Source: Candidatus Margulisiibacteriota bacterium (GTDB taxonomy: Bacteria; Margulisbacteria; WOR-1; O2-12-FULL-45-9). Taken from it: a DNA stretch of 64,000 nt. The stretch's first letter is position 1. Each line of letters begins with the position of its first letter. This document shows positions 29,449 through 39,005 of this stretch, piece by piece. The notes under the pieces are model-generated. The model searched no databases and was not told the origin of the DNA. It saw nothing but the letters and a program-made list of their open reading frames with translations. The stretch spans positions 165,434 to 229,433 of the forward strand of contig JBAZZP010000001.1 in assembly GCA_041658745.1 (NCBI GenBank). Direction: 5' to 3'. Position numbers and translations under genes: made by a program.

Positions 29449-30516
29449 TTAATCACAAGAAATATTTTTTAACACTTTTTGGTATTCCCCCCATTGCCCA
29501 ATATCCACCCAAGCACCCTCGCTTACCGGATATACTCCAATCTGCCCCTTTTCTTCCTTCACCTTTGAAATTAAGTCCGTGATGTGAAAGAGTTTGCCTT
29601 CCGGGATTAAATCAATCACCCTTTTATTTATAACATAAAGTCCCGTATTAACCAAAAAGTCAAATTCGGGTTTTTCCACTAATTCCTCCAGTTTTCCGCC
29701 ATTGCTTACTTTCATTACACCATAAGGAACCTTATAGTTCTGAACAGAACCAACCAAGGTAATATCGTTTTTATCTTTTTGATGAAAATTTAGTAAATCA
29801 TCATAATGGGCGTCAATCATAATATCACAATTTGAAACAAAAAAATCATCAGAAAGAATTTTATTTATCAATTTAACACCGCCTACTGTTCCCAGCGGAT
29901 CTTTTTCCCAATAATAGGTAAATATATACCCAGTATCAATATTATCGAGAAAAGATTTAATCATTTCGCCTTTATAATTTAGAATTAAATCAAACTCCCT
30001 GAAACCATATTTGGCAAATTTGTCCATTATTATTTCAATTATGGCTTTCTCCCCAATGGGGACAAGTGCTTTAGGAAATATTTTGGTAAAAGGGGATAAG
30101 CGGGTACCTTTGCCACCCGTCATAATCACGACCGAAATTGCCTTCTTGGCTACTGCACGTTTGTGGCTTCCGTCAAACACTACATCCCAAAATAATATAT
30201 CTTTTATACATTGCTGTTCATCAACAACTGGAATAGATTCGATTTCACCTTCAAACATCTTGTCCTTAACTGCTGAGAGGTCATAATTTTGCTTAAAACT
30301 TGTCGGCGTTCTATTCATAATAGACGCAACACTGCAGTTCAAATCGCCATTATTTAAGATCCATCTTCTAATGTCCCCATCCGAAACCGAACCCAAAAGC
30401 TGGTTTTCTTTCCCAACAATAAAAACAATTTTCTTAGAATTCTTATCCATGAGGCGCATGGCCTCTTTTACGCTAATATCATCCTTTGCAAGATATTTAT
30501 CAAGATTATCTATCAT
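29449..30516 (-). CDS. CBS-domain sugar-phosphate nucleotidyltransferase (PtmE-like, putative GlcN/GlcNAc-1-P guanylyl/cytidylyl-transferase)
   Basis: 355 aa. N-terminal CBS pair, then VVIMTGGKGTRLSPFTKIFPKALVPIG (GxGTRL nucleotidyltransferase motif). Confidence 0.75.
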   Translation of the reverse strand: MIDNLDKYLAKDDISVKEAMRLMDKNSKKIVFIVGKENQLLGSVSDGDIRRWILNNGDLNCSVASIMNRTPTSFKQNYDLSAVKDKMFEGEIESIPVVDEQQCIKDILFWDVVFDGSHKRAVAKKAISVVIMTGGKGTRLSPFTKIFPKALVPIGEKAIIEIIMDKFAKYGFREFDLILNYKGEMIKSFLDNIDTGYIFTYYWEKDPLGTVGGVKLINKILSDDFFVSNCDIMIDAHYDDLLNFHQKDKNDITLVGSVQNYKVPYGVMKVSNGGKLEELVEKPEFDFLVNTGLYVINKRVIDLIPEGKLFHITDLISKVKEEKGQIGVYPVSEGAWVDIGQWGEYQKVLKNISCD

Positions 30517-31150
30517 TCGTTATTCTCCTGGCAGGAACGCCAGCAACTCGAAAATTTTCAGCAACATCCTTAATTACTACAGAACCGGCACCAATTAGGG
30601 CATTTTCCCCAATTTTAATTCCCTGGATGATATGTGTCCCCAAACCGACAAAAGCATTAGCACCAATTTGCACCCTGCCTCCCAAAACAACTCCCGGAGA
30701 AACGATAGCATTCTGAGAAACTAGGCAATCATGCTCAATAATGGCTCCGGTATTAATTATGACATTATCCTTTATTTGTGCGGAAGGATTTATAATTGCT
30801 CCTGCACCAACAAAAATCCCTTTTCCAAGAGTAGAATTTTGGGCAATAATGGCTGTTGGATGAATAATATTTACAAGTTCCAGCCCGGCACTTTTCATCT
30901 TTTCAATAACGCTTAATCTAACACTCATTTCGCCCGTACTCCCCACAGTACAAATAGCTTTACAAATCCCCTTTTTTATTAGGTCTGAAAAATCAACATC
31001 TTTTCCTAAAAAAGGTATTTTCCCAAAGATTAATCCACGGTCTTCAATATCAACATATCCGGCCAAATGATACTCGCCAGACATTTCCGCCGTATCAGCC
31101 ACCACCCTTGCATGATCTCCCCCCCCAACTAATATAATTTTTTCTTTCAT
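30506..31150 (-). CDS. NeuD/PglD/LegH-family sugar N-acetyltransferase
   Basis: 214 aa. Rossmann-like N-terminal domain (KIILVGGGDHARVV) plus C-terminal hexapeptide repeats. Confidence 0.75.
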   Translation of the reverse strand: MKEKIILVGGGDHARVVADTAEMSGEYHLAGYVDIEDRGLIFGKIPFLGKDVDFSDLIKKGICKAICTVGSTGEMSVRLSVIEKMKSAGLELVNIIHPTAIIAQNSTLGKGIFVGAGAIINPSAQIKDNVIINTGAIIEHDCLVSQNAIVSPGVVLGGRVQIGANAFVGLGTHIIQGIKIGENALIGAGSVVIKDVAENFRVAGVPARRITNDR

Positions 31151-32328
31151 TTTAAATCAATAAACCTCTTTTTAATATTTGAAAAATCATAAGTTTTAAG
31201 CTTATTTTTAATTTTACTGCTCACATTGCCATGCCAAAAAGGATTGGTAAGACCAGCTATTGATTTAATAAACTGCGGTGATTGGGCTTTTGCAACGCCT
31301 TTTAAAATTGACTCCCATGAAGCAGCAACATCGATAACATTGGCTGGTTTTAACCGTCCTTTTTGCCGATCTCCTACATTTACGACCGGGAGGCGAAAAG
31401 ATGCCGCCTCAATAATGCCAGAAGAAGAATTTCCCACCATCATGCCGACATGTTGCATTAGAGAAAAATAGCGCAATTGGCCAAGGGATTGGAAGCCTTT
31501 TGCTAAACCATGCGATGATTGAATATATTTATCAATCGCTCTAATGATACTATCATTCTCATTATCCGCATTGGGCATGGTAAAAATAATTCTCATCCCA
31601 CTCTTTGAGAGTGCCAAAAGCAGGTTATCAATTTGGACCTTCGCACTTCCCTTTTCCAAAGTAACAGGATGAAAAGTGACTAAAGCCACATCTTGCCCCA
31701 AAGTAAAACCTAATTGATTTTCAAGCTCCGTTTTTGACAATAGTTTTAACTTTTTGAGATTATCAAGGCCGGGCGCCCCAAAGTTAAATACCCTGGTCGG
31801 ATCTTCCCCCATTTGGATCACTCGTTGGCCATATTCTGCATGCGAAACAAAATGGAGATAGGCCATTTTTGTAATGGCATGGCGAATAGAATCGTCATAA
31901 GCCCCTTCGGTAATTTCGCCGCCGTGAATATGGACAATCGGGATTCTAAAAAGCATAGCAGCAACCGAAGCAGCTAAAATCTCAAAGCGATCACCCAAAA
32001 CTACCACCACGTCAGGCTTCAGCTTTTTAAATACCTTCCCAAAACCAGAAACGGCTAGACCGACCGAATGGGTAATAGCTTCATCGCTATCCGAATTTAA
32101 TGCCATCGGCACTTTCGCGCTAATTTTGATTCCGTCCTTTAATATTTCCTTATATGTCAGTCCAAATTTAGGCTCAAGATGCATTCCGGCAACCACCGCC
32201 TGCAAAATTAATTCCCGGTCATTTTTGATCGCATGCATTAAGCCGGATAATATCCCATATTCTGCCCGAGAACCAGTAACCACACATATTTTTCTATTGC
32301 TTTTTAGCATATTTTTGGATAACTCCAA
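31147..32328 (-). CDS. UDP/GDP-N-acetylglucosamine 2-epimerase (hydrolysing), NeuC/LegG-like
   Basis: 393 aa. KICVVTGSRAEYG, VVVLGDRFEILAA, IVHIHGGE. Confidence 0.85.
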   Translation of the reverse strand: MELSKNMLKSNRKICVVTGSRAEYGILSGLMHAIKNDRELILQAVVAGMHLEPKFGLTYKEILKDGIKISAKVPMALNSDSDEAITHSVGLAVSGFGKVFKKLKPDVVVVLGDRFEILAASVAAMLFRIPIVHIHGGEITEGAYDDSIRHAITKMAYLHFVSHAEYGQRVIQMGEDPTRVFNFGAPGLDNLKKLKLLSKTELENQLGFTLGQDVALVTFHPVTLEKGSAKVQIDNLLLALSKSGMRIIFTMPNADNENDSIIRAIDKYIQSSHGLAKGFQSLGQLRYFSLMQHVGMMVGNSSSGIIEAASFRLPVVNVGDRQKGRLKPANVIDVAASWESILKGVAKAQSPQFIKSIAGLTNPFWHGNVSSKIKNKLKTYDFSNIKKRFIDLK

Positions 32329-33472
32329 CCACCCTTTTAATATCTTTTTCGCTCAAATTAATGCTGCATGGCAAATTTAACACTTGATTGTAATATTTTT
32401 CTGCTTTTTCAATTTTATAAGATTGATTCTTTTTATAGGGCTTTTGTTTATGGTTTAAATACCACAGAGGTCGAGCTTGAATACCATGATTATTCAATGC
32501 TTTCATAAGCTCAAAATTGGTTTTTCCGTAAATCTTTGCATCGATTATTAAAGAATAAAACCAAAAATTGCTGGAAGCATAATCTGGCTCATTAATCATT
32601 TGAAGACCATCAATTTCCCCAAGCATTTGCTCATACAATTTGAAGTTTTTTCTTTTAATTTTAATATAAGCAGATAACCTTTCTAGTTGTGCAACGCCCA
32701 TAGCCGCTTGGACATTGGTTAAGCGATAATTATAGCCAATTTCATTATGGATATATTTGATTGCACTATCTTTGGCTTGTGTAGTTAGATAGCGCGCCTT
32801 TTTAGCTAATTGGGGATCATTAGTTACCAGCATTCCTCCTCCACCAGTAGTAATAATCTTATTGCCATTAAAAGAAAAACAACCAATCTGCCCAACAGCT
32901 CCAGTCATTTTGTTTTTAAACTTGCCATTTACAAAAAATGACCCGAGAGATTCAGTAGCATCTTCAATAATAGTTAAATTGTATTTCTTTGCTAGCCCAA
33001 TTAAAGCATTCATATCAACCGGAGAGCCAAAGATATGCACAGGAATAATAGCTTTAACCGATCTTTTGCTTCTTTTATTAATTAGCTGGCCTTTTTTAAA
33101 GACACACTCGTTTTTGATAAATTGTTCAACTTTTCCAACATCAATATTCAAGTAATCATCGCAATCCATAAATACGGGTTCAGCTCCAACATATTTAATA
33201 GTATTAACAGGTGCAATAAAGGTTAATGTTGGGACAAGCACTTCATCGTGCAGGCCAACACCAGAAATAAGCAAGCTAATATGAAGGGCGGCAGTCCCAT
33301 TAACACATGCCACGGCATATTTGGTTCCAACATAAGCCGCCAGCTGATCTTCAAATTTATCGACATATTTTCCAACCGACGACACCCAGCCGCTGTCTAG
33401 ACAATCTTTAATATAGCGCCATTCATTGCCGCCGATGCAAGGCTCGGATAAAGGAATTTTAATATCAGACAT
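32294..33472 (-). CDS. DegT-family sugar aminotransferase (LegC/PseC-like)
   Basis: 392 aa. PLP lysine in SFNGNKIITTGGGGML. Confidence 0.85.
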   Translation of the reverse strand: MSDIKIPLSEPCIGGNEWRYIKDCLDSGWVSSVGKYVDKFEDQLAAYVGTKYAVACVNGTAALHISLLISGVGLHDEVLVPTLTFIAPVNTIKYVGAEPVFMDCDDYLNIDVGKVEQFIKNECVFKKGQLINKRSKRSVKAIIPVHIFGSPVDMNALIGLAKKYNLTIIEDATESLGSFFVNGKFKNKMTGAVGQIGCFSFNGNKIITTGGGGMLVTNDPQLAKKARYLTTQAKDSAIKYIHNEIGYNYRLTNVQAAMGVAQLERLSAYIKIKRKNFKLYEQMLGEIDGLQMINEPDYASSNFWFYSLIIDAKIYGKTNFELMKALNNHGIQARPLWYLNHKQKPYKKNQSYKIEKAEKYYNQVLNLPCSINLSEKDIKRVVGVIQKYAKKQ

Positions 33473-34463
33473 TATAGATTCCTGCCTTATAGCAATGCTG
33501 ATTATTTTTCATCCAGTTTATGGTTTCAATTAATCCTTGCTCTAAGTTATAATTCGGGCTCCATTTAGTCATAGCGATGAGCTTTTTGTTACAGCCAAGA
33601 AGCCTTTTTACTTCACTTTTTGATGGGCGAATTCTTTGCTTATCAGTAATAATTTTGATATTGGCCTTGGGAGAAATTAAAGCAATTAGTTTTTGCGCTA
33701 GTTCGCCAATACTTATATCTTGCCCAGAGCATATATTAATTTCTTCCCCTATCGTATTTTTTGATTTTGCAATTTCAATAAAGCCCAAACAAGTATCCTT
33801 AACATAATTCAGGTCTCTCCTGGGAGAAAGATCTCCCAACTTTATTGTTCTTTGACCGGATAATATTTGACTAATTATCGTCGGGATAACCGCCCGAGCC
33901 GATTGTCTTGGACCATAGGTATTAAAAGGACGAACAATTGTAACCGGAAGATTGAACGAACGATAAAAGGACTCTGCAATCCGATCTGCTCCTATTTTGG
34001 TCGCACTATAAGGGGACTGAGCCTGCATGGGATGTTTTTCGTCTATTGGAACGTACAATGCCGTTCCATAGACCTCGGAAGTCGAAGTAACAAGCACTCT
34101 TTCAATGGATAAATCTCTGGCTGCCTGAAGGACATTCAACGTTCCTTTAATATTTGTATCAACGTAATTGTCTGGCGAATGGTATGAATATGGAATTCCA
34201 ATCAAAGCAGCTAGATGAAAAACAACATCTACTCCCTTGATTGCCTCTCTTACTCCGTTATGATCTCGCACGTCTCCTGTGAAAACTTCAATTTGATTGA
34301 GCTTTTCTTTTGGGAGGGTATCAAGCCAACCCCAACTATTAAAAGAATTATAATAACAAAAGGCCTTCACTTTGGCTTTAGCATCTACTAAAGCTTCAAC
34401 CAAATGACTGCCAATAAATCCATCTGCGCCAGTTACTAACACAGTTTTATTTTTTAAATTCAT
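33465..34463 (-). CDS. extended-SDR NDP-sugar 4,6-dehydratase/epimerase (LegB/FnlA-like)
   Basis: 332 aa. VLVTGADGFIGSHL, YSATKIGAD (YxxxK). Confidence 0.75.
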   Translation of the reverse strand: MNLKNKTVLVTGADGFIGSHLVEALVDAKAKVKAFCYYNSFNSWGWLDTLPKEKLNQIEVFTGDVRDHNGVREAIKGVDVVFHLAALIGIPYSYHSPDNYVDTNIKGTLNVLQAARDLSIERVLVTSTSEVYGTALYVPIDEKHPMQAQSPYSATKIGADRIAESFYRSFNLPVTIVRPFNTYGPRQSARAVIPTIISQILSGQRTIKLGDLSPRRDLNYVKDTCLGFIEIAKSKNTIGEEINICSGQDISIGELAQKLIALISPKANIKIITDKQRIRPSKSEVKRLLGCNKKLIAMTKWSPNYNLEQGLIETINWMKNNQHCYKAGIYNV

Positions 34464-34465
34464 AA

Positions 34466-34927
34466 TTAATTAAGCCCCTCATTAAAAATCCAAGCGTGGT
34501 CACAAAAGGCATCCCCTTTTACGATTTCATGCGATCTTATAAATTCAACTCCCGGCAATACTTTTTCCGTAAAAGCCTTGTCGGACAAACAAAATGCAGA
34601 TGCATATGCTGCAAGGCCGTATTGGGTCATAAGCTCAGCAAAAGGACACCGGTCATAGCGCACCTCTAATATATCCTTTTTTGAATTAATAATCTTTATA
34701 TAATCGGTTTTGCCGGCATAATCCAAATAGTGCTTTCTAAATTTATCAAAGCGCGCTTGCGATTTAGGAGCGGTAGCTGATAAGACCAACTTGTAATATT
34801 CAATCATATAATTGGCAAAGCCATCTGCAGCAATCCGAAGGGCTTCTTCCTGACCAAATGATTGTTGCAAGGCTTTTATGAAACCAACACTAATTAAATG
34901 CTTGTTCGTTGTTATATCAGCTACCAC
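34466..34927 (-). CDS. hypothetical small protein (conserved-cysteine region CPFAELM...AFCLSD)
   Basis: 153 aa. Translationally coupled between the dehydratase and the amidotransferase. Function unknown. Confidence 0.3.
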   Translation of the reverse strand: MVADITTNKHLISVGFIKALQQSFGQEEALRIAADGFANYMIEYYKLVLSATAPKSQARFDKFRKHYLDYAGKTDYIKIINSKKDILEVRYDRCPFAELMTQYGLAAYASAFCLSDKAFTEKVLPGVEFIRSHEIVKGDAFCDHAWIFNEGLN

Positions 34928-34948
34928 TTCTCACTCCTAATTAATCAA

Positions 34949-36064
34949 TCATCGGCATGGTTCTTTTAAGCGCCAAACCCCATTTCTCTTCTCTACGATA
35001 TCTCGATTAGCAAATTTTTCGGCAATGGCCCAAAATTCGGCTTCGCTATATCCGCAGAAATCAATAAAATCCTTCAGCATTTTCTTATCTAGCTTATATT
35101 CTTCTTCGTTAACTATTTTAACGGCTTCGTCCCTTGTCATTTTACCTTCTCGAATATAAATGCTTAGATAATCTGTGGCTAACCAATGCCCAAATTTTAA
35201 GAATTTCATCCAGGTATGGGTCAAATAGCCAATCGTATCTATCTGATCATACTGATTCCAGGTTCCTTCCCGATGCCATTCACCAGTATCGTCCAGATCC
35301 TTAAAACCAACGGAGCGGGCAAACTCCCAATTTTTGATACTGCTCCATTGAACAAAGTAACTCAAAAAGGTGGGATCAAGTTTTGCCTTAGAAATTGCTT
35401 CGGCGTTGGGATAAATTGCTGATTGGACATCCTTCCATTCCAGATCATTGTCAAACCATTCTTCCCAAGCCACAGGTTTTACCACATCGTTTTTAATTTG
35501 ATCTAGGGCACTGGGGGTTTCTTTTGAACCTAGGGCTCCGCCCCTTTCGTAATTTGTATTCTCCCCATAAATAATAAACGGGATGTTTAGTTTGATGGCC
35601 GCTTGCAAAGGATATGCATAGATTGCCATGTCAAAATACCAAGTAGGCGATCCCAACTTTTCAAAAGCCTTCCTAAACATTTTTTTACAGACCTGGGGAT
35701 TAAGCGACAAAGAATGGGCATCAAGACCAAAATGCGACCTAATATTGTCCCAATTGTACCTTCCCGTTTGGGTCCAACTTACGTTATCAACCATGACAAT
35801 CAATGGATTCATCTTCATTTTTTCTTTGAAGACATAGGCCTGATAATGACTGTCTTTGCCGGCGCTAGCAGTAATGATACAATCATAGTAATTACCATTT
35901 GAACCGCGATATTTATTGCATAATTCTTCTAATTCCTGCCATCTTTTTTTCCAATCAGTTAACTTTTTTTTCTCATGGTTGAGGCAGGGAAAGCAAATCC
36001 CTTCATCATTAAACTTGATCCCCGGTCGAGTGTCCGGCGTAACACATTTTTTACAATAACGCAT
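34949..36064 (-). CDS. N-acetyl sugar amidotransferase (WbpG/PseA/WbuX family, PP-loop)
   Basis: The ATG at 36064 gives an N-terminus MRYCKKCVTPDTRPGI, typical of this family, and is preceded by AAGGAGG with a 5-nt spacer. PP-loop ITASAGKDS. The track ORF extends 14 codons upstream. Confidence 0.7.
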   Translation of the reverse strand: MRYCKKCVTPDTRPGIKFNDEGICFPCLNHEKKKLTDWKKRWQELEELCNKYRGSNGNYYDCIITASAGKDSHYQAYVFKEKMKMNPLIVMVDNVSWTQTGRYNWDNIRSHFGLDAHSLSLNPQVCKKMFRKAFEKLGSPTWYFDMAIYAYPLQAAIKLNIPFIIYGENTNYERGGALGSKETPSALDQIKNDVVKPVAWEEWFDNDLEWKDVQSAIYPNAEAISKAKLDPTFLSYFVQWSSIKNWEFARSVGFKDLDDTGEWHREGTWNQYDQIDTIGYLTHTWMKFLKFGHWLATDYLSIYIREGKMTRDEAVKIVNEEEYKLDKKMLKDFIDFCGYSEAEFWAIAEKFANRDIVEKRNGVWRLKEPCR

Positions 36065-36069
36065 AAAAA

Positions 36070-36076
36070 CCTCCTT
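36070..36076 (-). promoter_or_regulatory. Shine-Dalgarno AAGGAGG for amidotransferase start at 36064
   Basis: Minus-strand AAGGAGGTTTTTATG, with perfect 5-nt spacing. Confidence 0.55.
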
Positions 36077-36189
36077 AAATTCATCTAAAATATATCTATT
36101 TGACAAAATGAGAGAAAATTATTTCGCCAAACAGCAACACCTTAGCTAAACGGGAACGCCTATTCATTCCTAAAATCACCTCCTTCTTC

Positions 36190-37215
36190 TTAAGCAATCT
36201 TCTCATGAATACAATCATCAATAGAATAATGGCGACTGGCCTTTTTTTCAATAATTAAGGGCCATTGCATGGGAGATATTCCTGTCCCTGGTCTTTTTGT
36301 GGTGATATTATTTTCGGTAAAGAGTTCCCCCTTATTAATCACTTTTAAAGCAACAATACTTTTCCTAGCTATAAACATATTGTTTCTTTCCGATTTTGTA
36401 GTCTTTTTTTCATTAGATCCAAGCGCTTTTTCAATATTTCGAATCGCTTTTACCATATCATTTAACTCAATTGGATTCAAAGAAGCTTTTTGGTCTGGGC
36501 CATCCATTTTACGATCAAGTGTAAAATGTTTCTCAACAACTTTAGCCCCCAAAGCAACGGCAGCAATTGCCACTTCAATGCCCAAAGTATGGTCAGAATA
36601 ACCGACATTTACTCCGAAACGCTCTTTAATAGTTTGCATGGCATTTAAATTAACGTCTTCCATAGGAGTTGGATATTGGGTGTTACAATGCAAAAGAATA
36701 ATATTGCTTTTTTTAGTCCCCGCCTTTATTAACACTTTAAGAGCAGCCCCAATTTCTTGCATATTAGACATTCCAGTAGACAAGATTACTTTCTTTTTTA
36801 GAGAACCAATCATTTTTAGATAGGGATAATTGGTTATTTCCCCAGAGGGGATCTTAAAGATGGGAAGGCCTAGCGCCAAAAGCAACTTAACACTTTCAAG
36901 GTCAAAGGGAGTAGATAAAAATAAAATATGCCTTTTTGGGCAGTAAGCTTGCAAAATTTTAAATTCTTCATACGTTAAAACATATTGCCGTAGCATTTCT
37001 AATTGGGATTCATTACAGTTTGTATTGCGCAGCTGGTATTGGGCTTTGGGAGCCTGCCTGCTTACCATACTTTCGGGATTGAAAGTCTGGAACTTTACCG
37101 CATCAGCTCCGGCAGCCGCCGCCACATCAACCATTTTTTTAGCAACCGCAAGGCTCCCATTATGGTTTATTCCTGCTTCCGCGATAATAAAACAAGACTT
37201 TGAAGACCTTTTCAT
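36190..37215 (-). CDS. nonulosonic-acid synthase (NeuB/LegI/PseI family, with C-terminal SAF/antifreeze-like domain)
   Basis: 341 aa. FIIAEAGINHNGSL, KFQTF, KIPSGE, HCNTQYPTP, GYSDHTLG. Confidence 0.85.
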   Translation of the reverse strand: MKRSSKSCFIIAEAGINHNGSLAVAKKMVDVAAAAGADAVKFQTFNPESMVSRQAPKAQYQLRNTNCNESQLEMLRQYVLTYEEFKILQAYCPKRHILFLSTPFDLESVKLLLALGLPIFKIPSGEITNYPYLKMIGSLKKKVILSTGMSNMQEIGAALKVLIKAGTKKSNIILLHCNTQYPTPMEDVNLNAMQTIKERFGVNVGYSDHTLGIEVAIAAVALGAKVVEKHFTLDRKMDGPDQKASLNPIELNDMVKAIRNIEKALGSNEKKTTKSERNNMFIARKSIVALKVINKGELFTENNITTKRPGTGISPMQWPLIIEKKASRHYSIDDCIHEKIA

Positions 37216-37249
37216 ATTATTTAAAACAACCTTTTCCAGCTTATAATCA

Positions 37250-37984
37250 TTATATTTTTATCGGTAGCGCCTGTTTTTGGCTAACTCCTGAATTGATCGC
37301 CACTAAATCCGGTCTTTTATGCAACAATTCAACAATTTGCTTAAGGGGAAAAACTTTTCCTGGCTCATATAGCTCCTTAAATATTTGGGTTACTAATTCA
37401 AAATCATCGGCAGTATCTACCGTCAACCTGAGCTCTGGCCAACGCAGCTCTGGATCATCCACCGGCATTACCCCCCAAACAAATTTTCCAGTCATAGTAA
37501 AATAACCACCCCAAACCTCGGTATCAATTTCTTTCTTCAACTTACAGGCTTGCACCATGGCGGGATAAGAAAGCGCATATGAAAATGTGCCAAATGGCAG
37601 ATCCTCTATTTTAGTAAAATCATGCTTCTTTACTTGGTGATAACTAACCAGTTTATCAATATAAGTTGGATCAACAAAAGGATTATCGGCAGTACAACTA
37701 ATAACCGTATCTATTCCAAAATGCTCAGCCGCGCTGGTTAATCGCAGCAAAACATCATCCGGGTGGCCACGATAACAATATATCCCATTTTTCTTAGCAA
37801 CTTCTTCTAATGGGTCGTCCTGTGCAACGGTAGAAGTACAAAGGATAATTACTTCCGGTTTTTGGGCTAATTTTAACCGCTCGATCATATGCTCAATCAT
37901 TGGGCGTCCACATATTTCTTTTAGTGCCTTCACCGGCAAGCGAGTCGACTTTAAGCGGGCAGTAATTAATATCGCTTTCTTCAC
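37250..37984 (-). CDS. CMP-nonulosonate / acylneuraminate cytidylyltransferase (SpsF/PseF/LegF-like)
   Basis: 244 aa. N-terminal KKAILITARLKSTRLPVKALKEICGRPMI is the cytidylyltransferase P-loop. Confidence 0.8.
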   Translation of the reverse strand: MKKAILITARLKSTRLPVKALKEICGRPMIEHMIERLKLAQKPEVIILCTSTVAQDDPLEEVAKKNGIYCYRGHPDDVLLRLTSAAEHFGIDTVISCTADNPFVDPTYIDKLVSYHQVKKHDFTKIEDLPFGTFSYALSYPAMVQACKLKKEIDTEVWGGYFTMTGKFVWGVMPVDDPELRWPELRLTVDTADDFELVTQIFKELYEPGKVFPLKQIVELLHKRPDLVAINSGVSQKQALPIKI

Positions 37985-39000
37985 TTTACTTGCTCCTCCC
38001 GCATTAAACTATATTTTGGAATCGGCAAAAGCGTAGTTTTTCCGATTAATCTCCATTTCTGATCTGGCGGCAGTCCTAAATCATCCGCTCGCATAAAAAG
38101 TAGATCTTGCTCACCGATAATATTTCCTACAGGAATATCTCGACTAGCAACCAGACTCTTTTTGGAATATTTTCGGTATTTTATTTCTTCAGCCGAAAAT
38201 GGCTTTCTAACCGATGATCCCATAGCAATTGCAATTTCTCTCACCATTTTGGTAAATTCAGCAAATTCCTTGGGATTTAATGCTGACTCATGATCGATAC
38301 CCTTAAAAGACCGATCATGCGTTATGTGTTTTTCAATTACATTCATCCCCATTCCCAAAGCAACAGCAGGAAGATAGAAAGCCAATGGGGCCTCCGCATC
38401 ACTATGATCCTGATAGCCAACGGGCAGATTAAAAGTGTTTTTTATGGTATTCATCAATTGCATATTTAAGCTGTCGATTGGGGTCGGAAAGTTCTGATAA
38501 CCATACATTAACCAGATTGCAGATTGTGAATTATTCTTAATATATGAGATTGCAGCACTAATTTCTTCCATGGTTGAGGCACCAACACTTAGATCAATCC
38601 GTTTTCCGGTTTTGGCCACATATTCTAATAAAAAAGGATTGGAAAGGTCGGAAGAATGCAACTTATAAGCATCTACCTTTATTTTTTCGGCAAAATCAAC
38701 ACTGCTGCGCTCATAGACACAGGCAATAATATGCATTTGAGGAAATTGTTTTCGGACATAATCCGCCAATTCTATCCAATTGTCACGTGAAAGCTCAATA
38801 TTTTGTAACTTAGCAAAATCGGGGTGATGGGGAACAACCATATCTTTTAGCGACCAAATTTGAAATTGAATGGCGCTAGCTCCCGCTCGACCGGCTCCAT
38901 CAATGATTTTTTTTGCTAACTCAAGCTTGCCTTCGTGCGAACAAGCCATCTCCGCAATTACATAGACTGGTCCAAAATCTGCATTCATTTTATTATCCAT
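37981..39000 (-). CDS. second NeuB-family nonulosonic-acid synthase paralog (with SAF domain)
   Basis: 339 aa. VYVIAEMACSHEG, GYQDHSD; divergent from 36190..37215. Confidence 0.8.
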   Translation of the reverse strand: MDNKMNADFGPVYVIAEMACSHEGKLELAKKIIDGAGRAGASAIQFQIWSLKDMVVPHHPDFAKLQNIELSRDNWIELADYVRKQFPQMHIIACVYERSSVDFAEKIKVDAYKLHSSDLSNPFLLEYVAKTGKRIDLSVGASTMEEISAAISYIKNNSQSAIWLMYGYQNFPTPIDSLNMQLMNTIKNTFNLPVGYQDHSDAEAPLAFYLPAVALGMGMNVIEKHITHDRSFKGIDHESALNPKEFAEFTKMVREIAIAMGSSVRKPFSAEEIKYRKYSKKSLVASRDIPVGNIIGEQDLLFMRADDLGLPPDQKWRLIGKTTLLPIPKYSLMREEQVK

Positions 39001-39005
39001 AATAC

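Noticed and set aside
36065-36106. 14-codon N-terminal extension of the amidotransferase ORF (track start 36106)
   Set aside because: It contains the AAGGAGG Shine-Dalgarno that serves the ATG at 36064. The resulting MRYCKKCV start matches the WbpG/PseA family.
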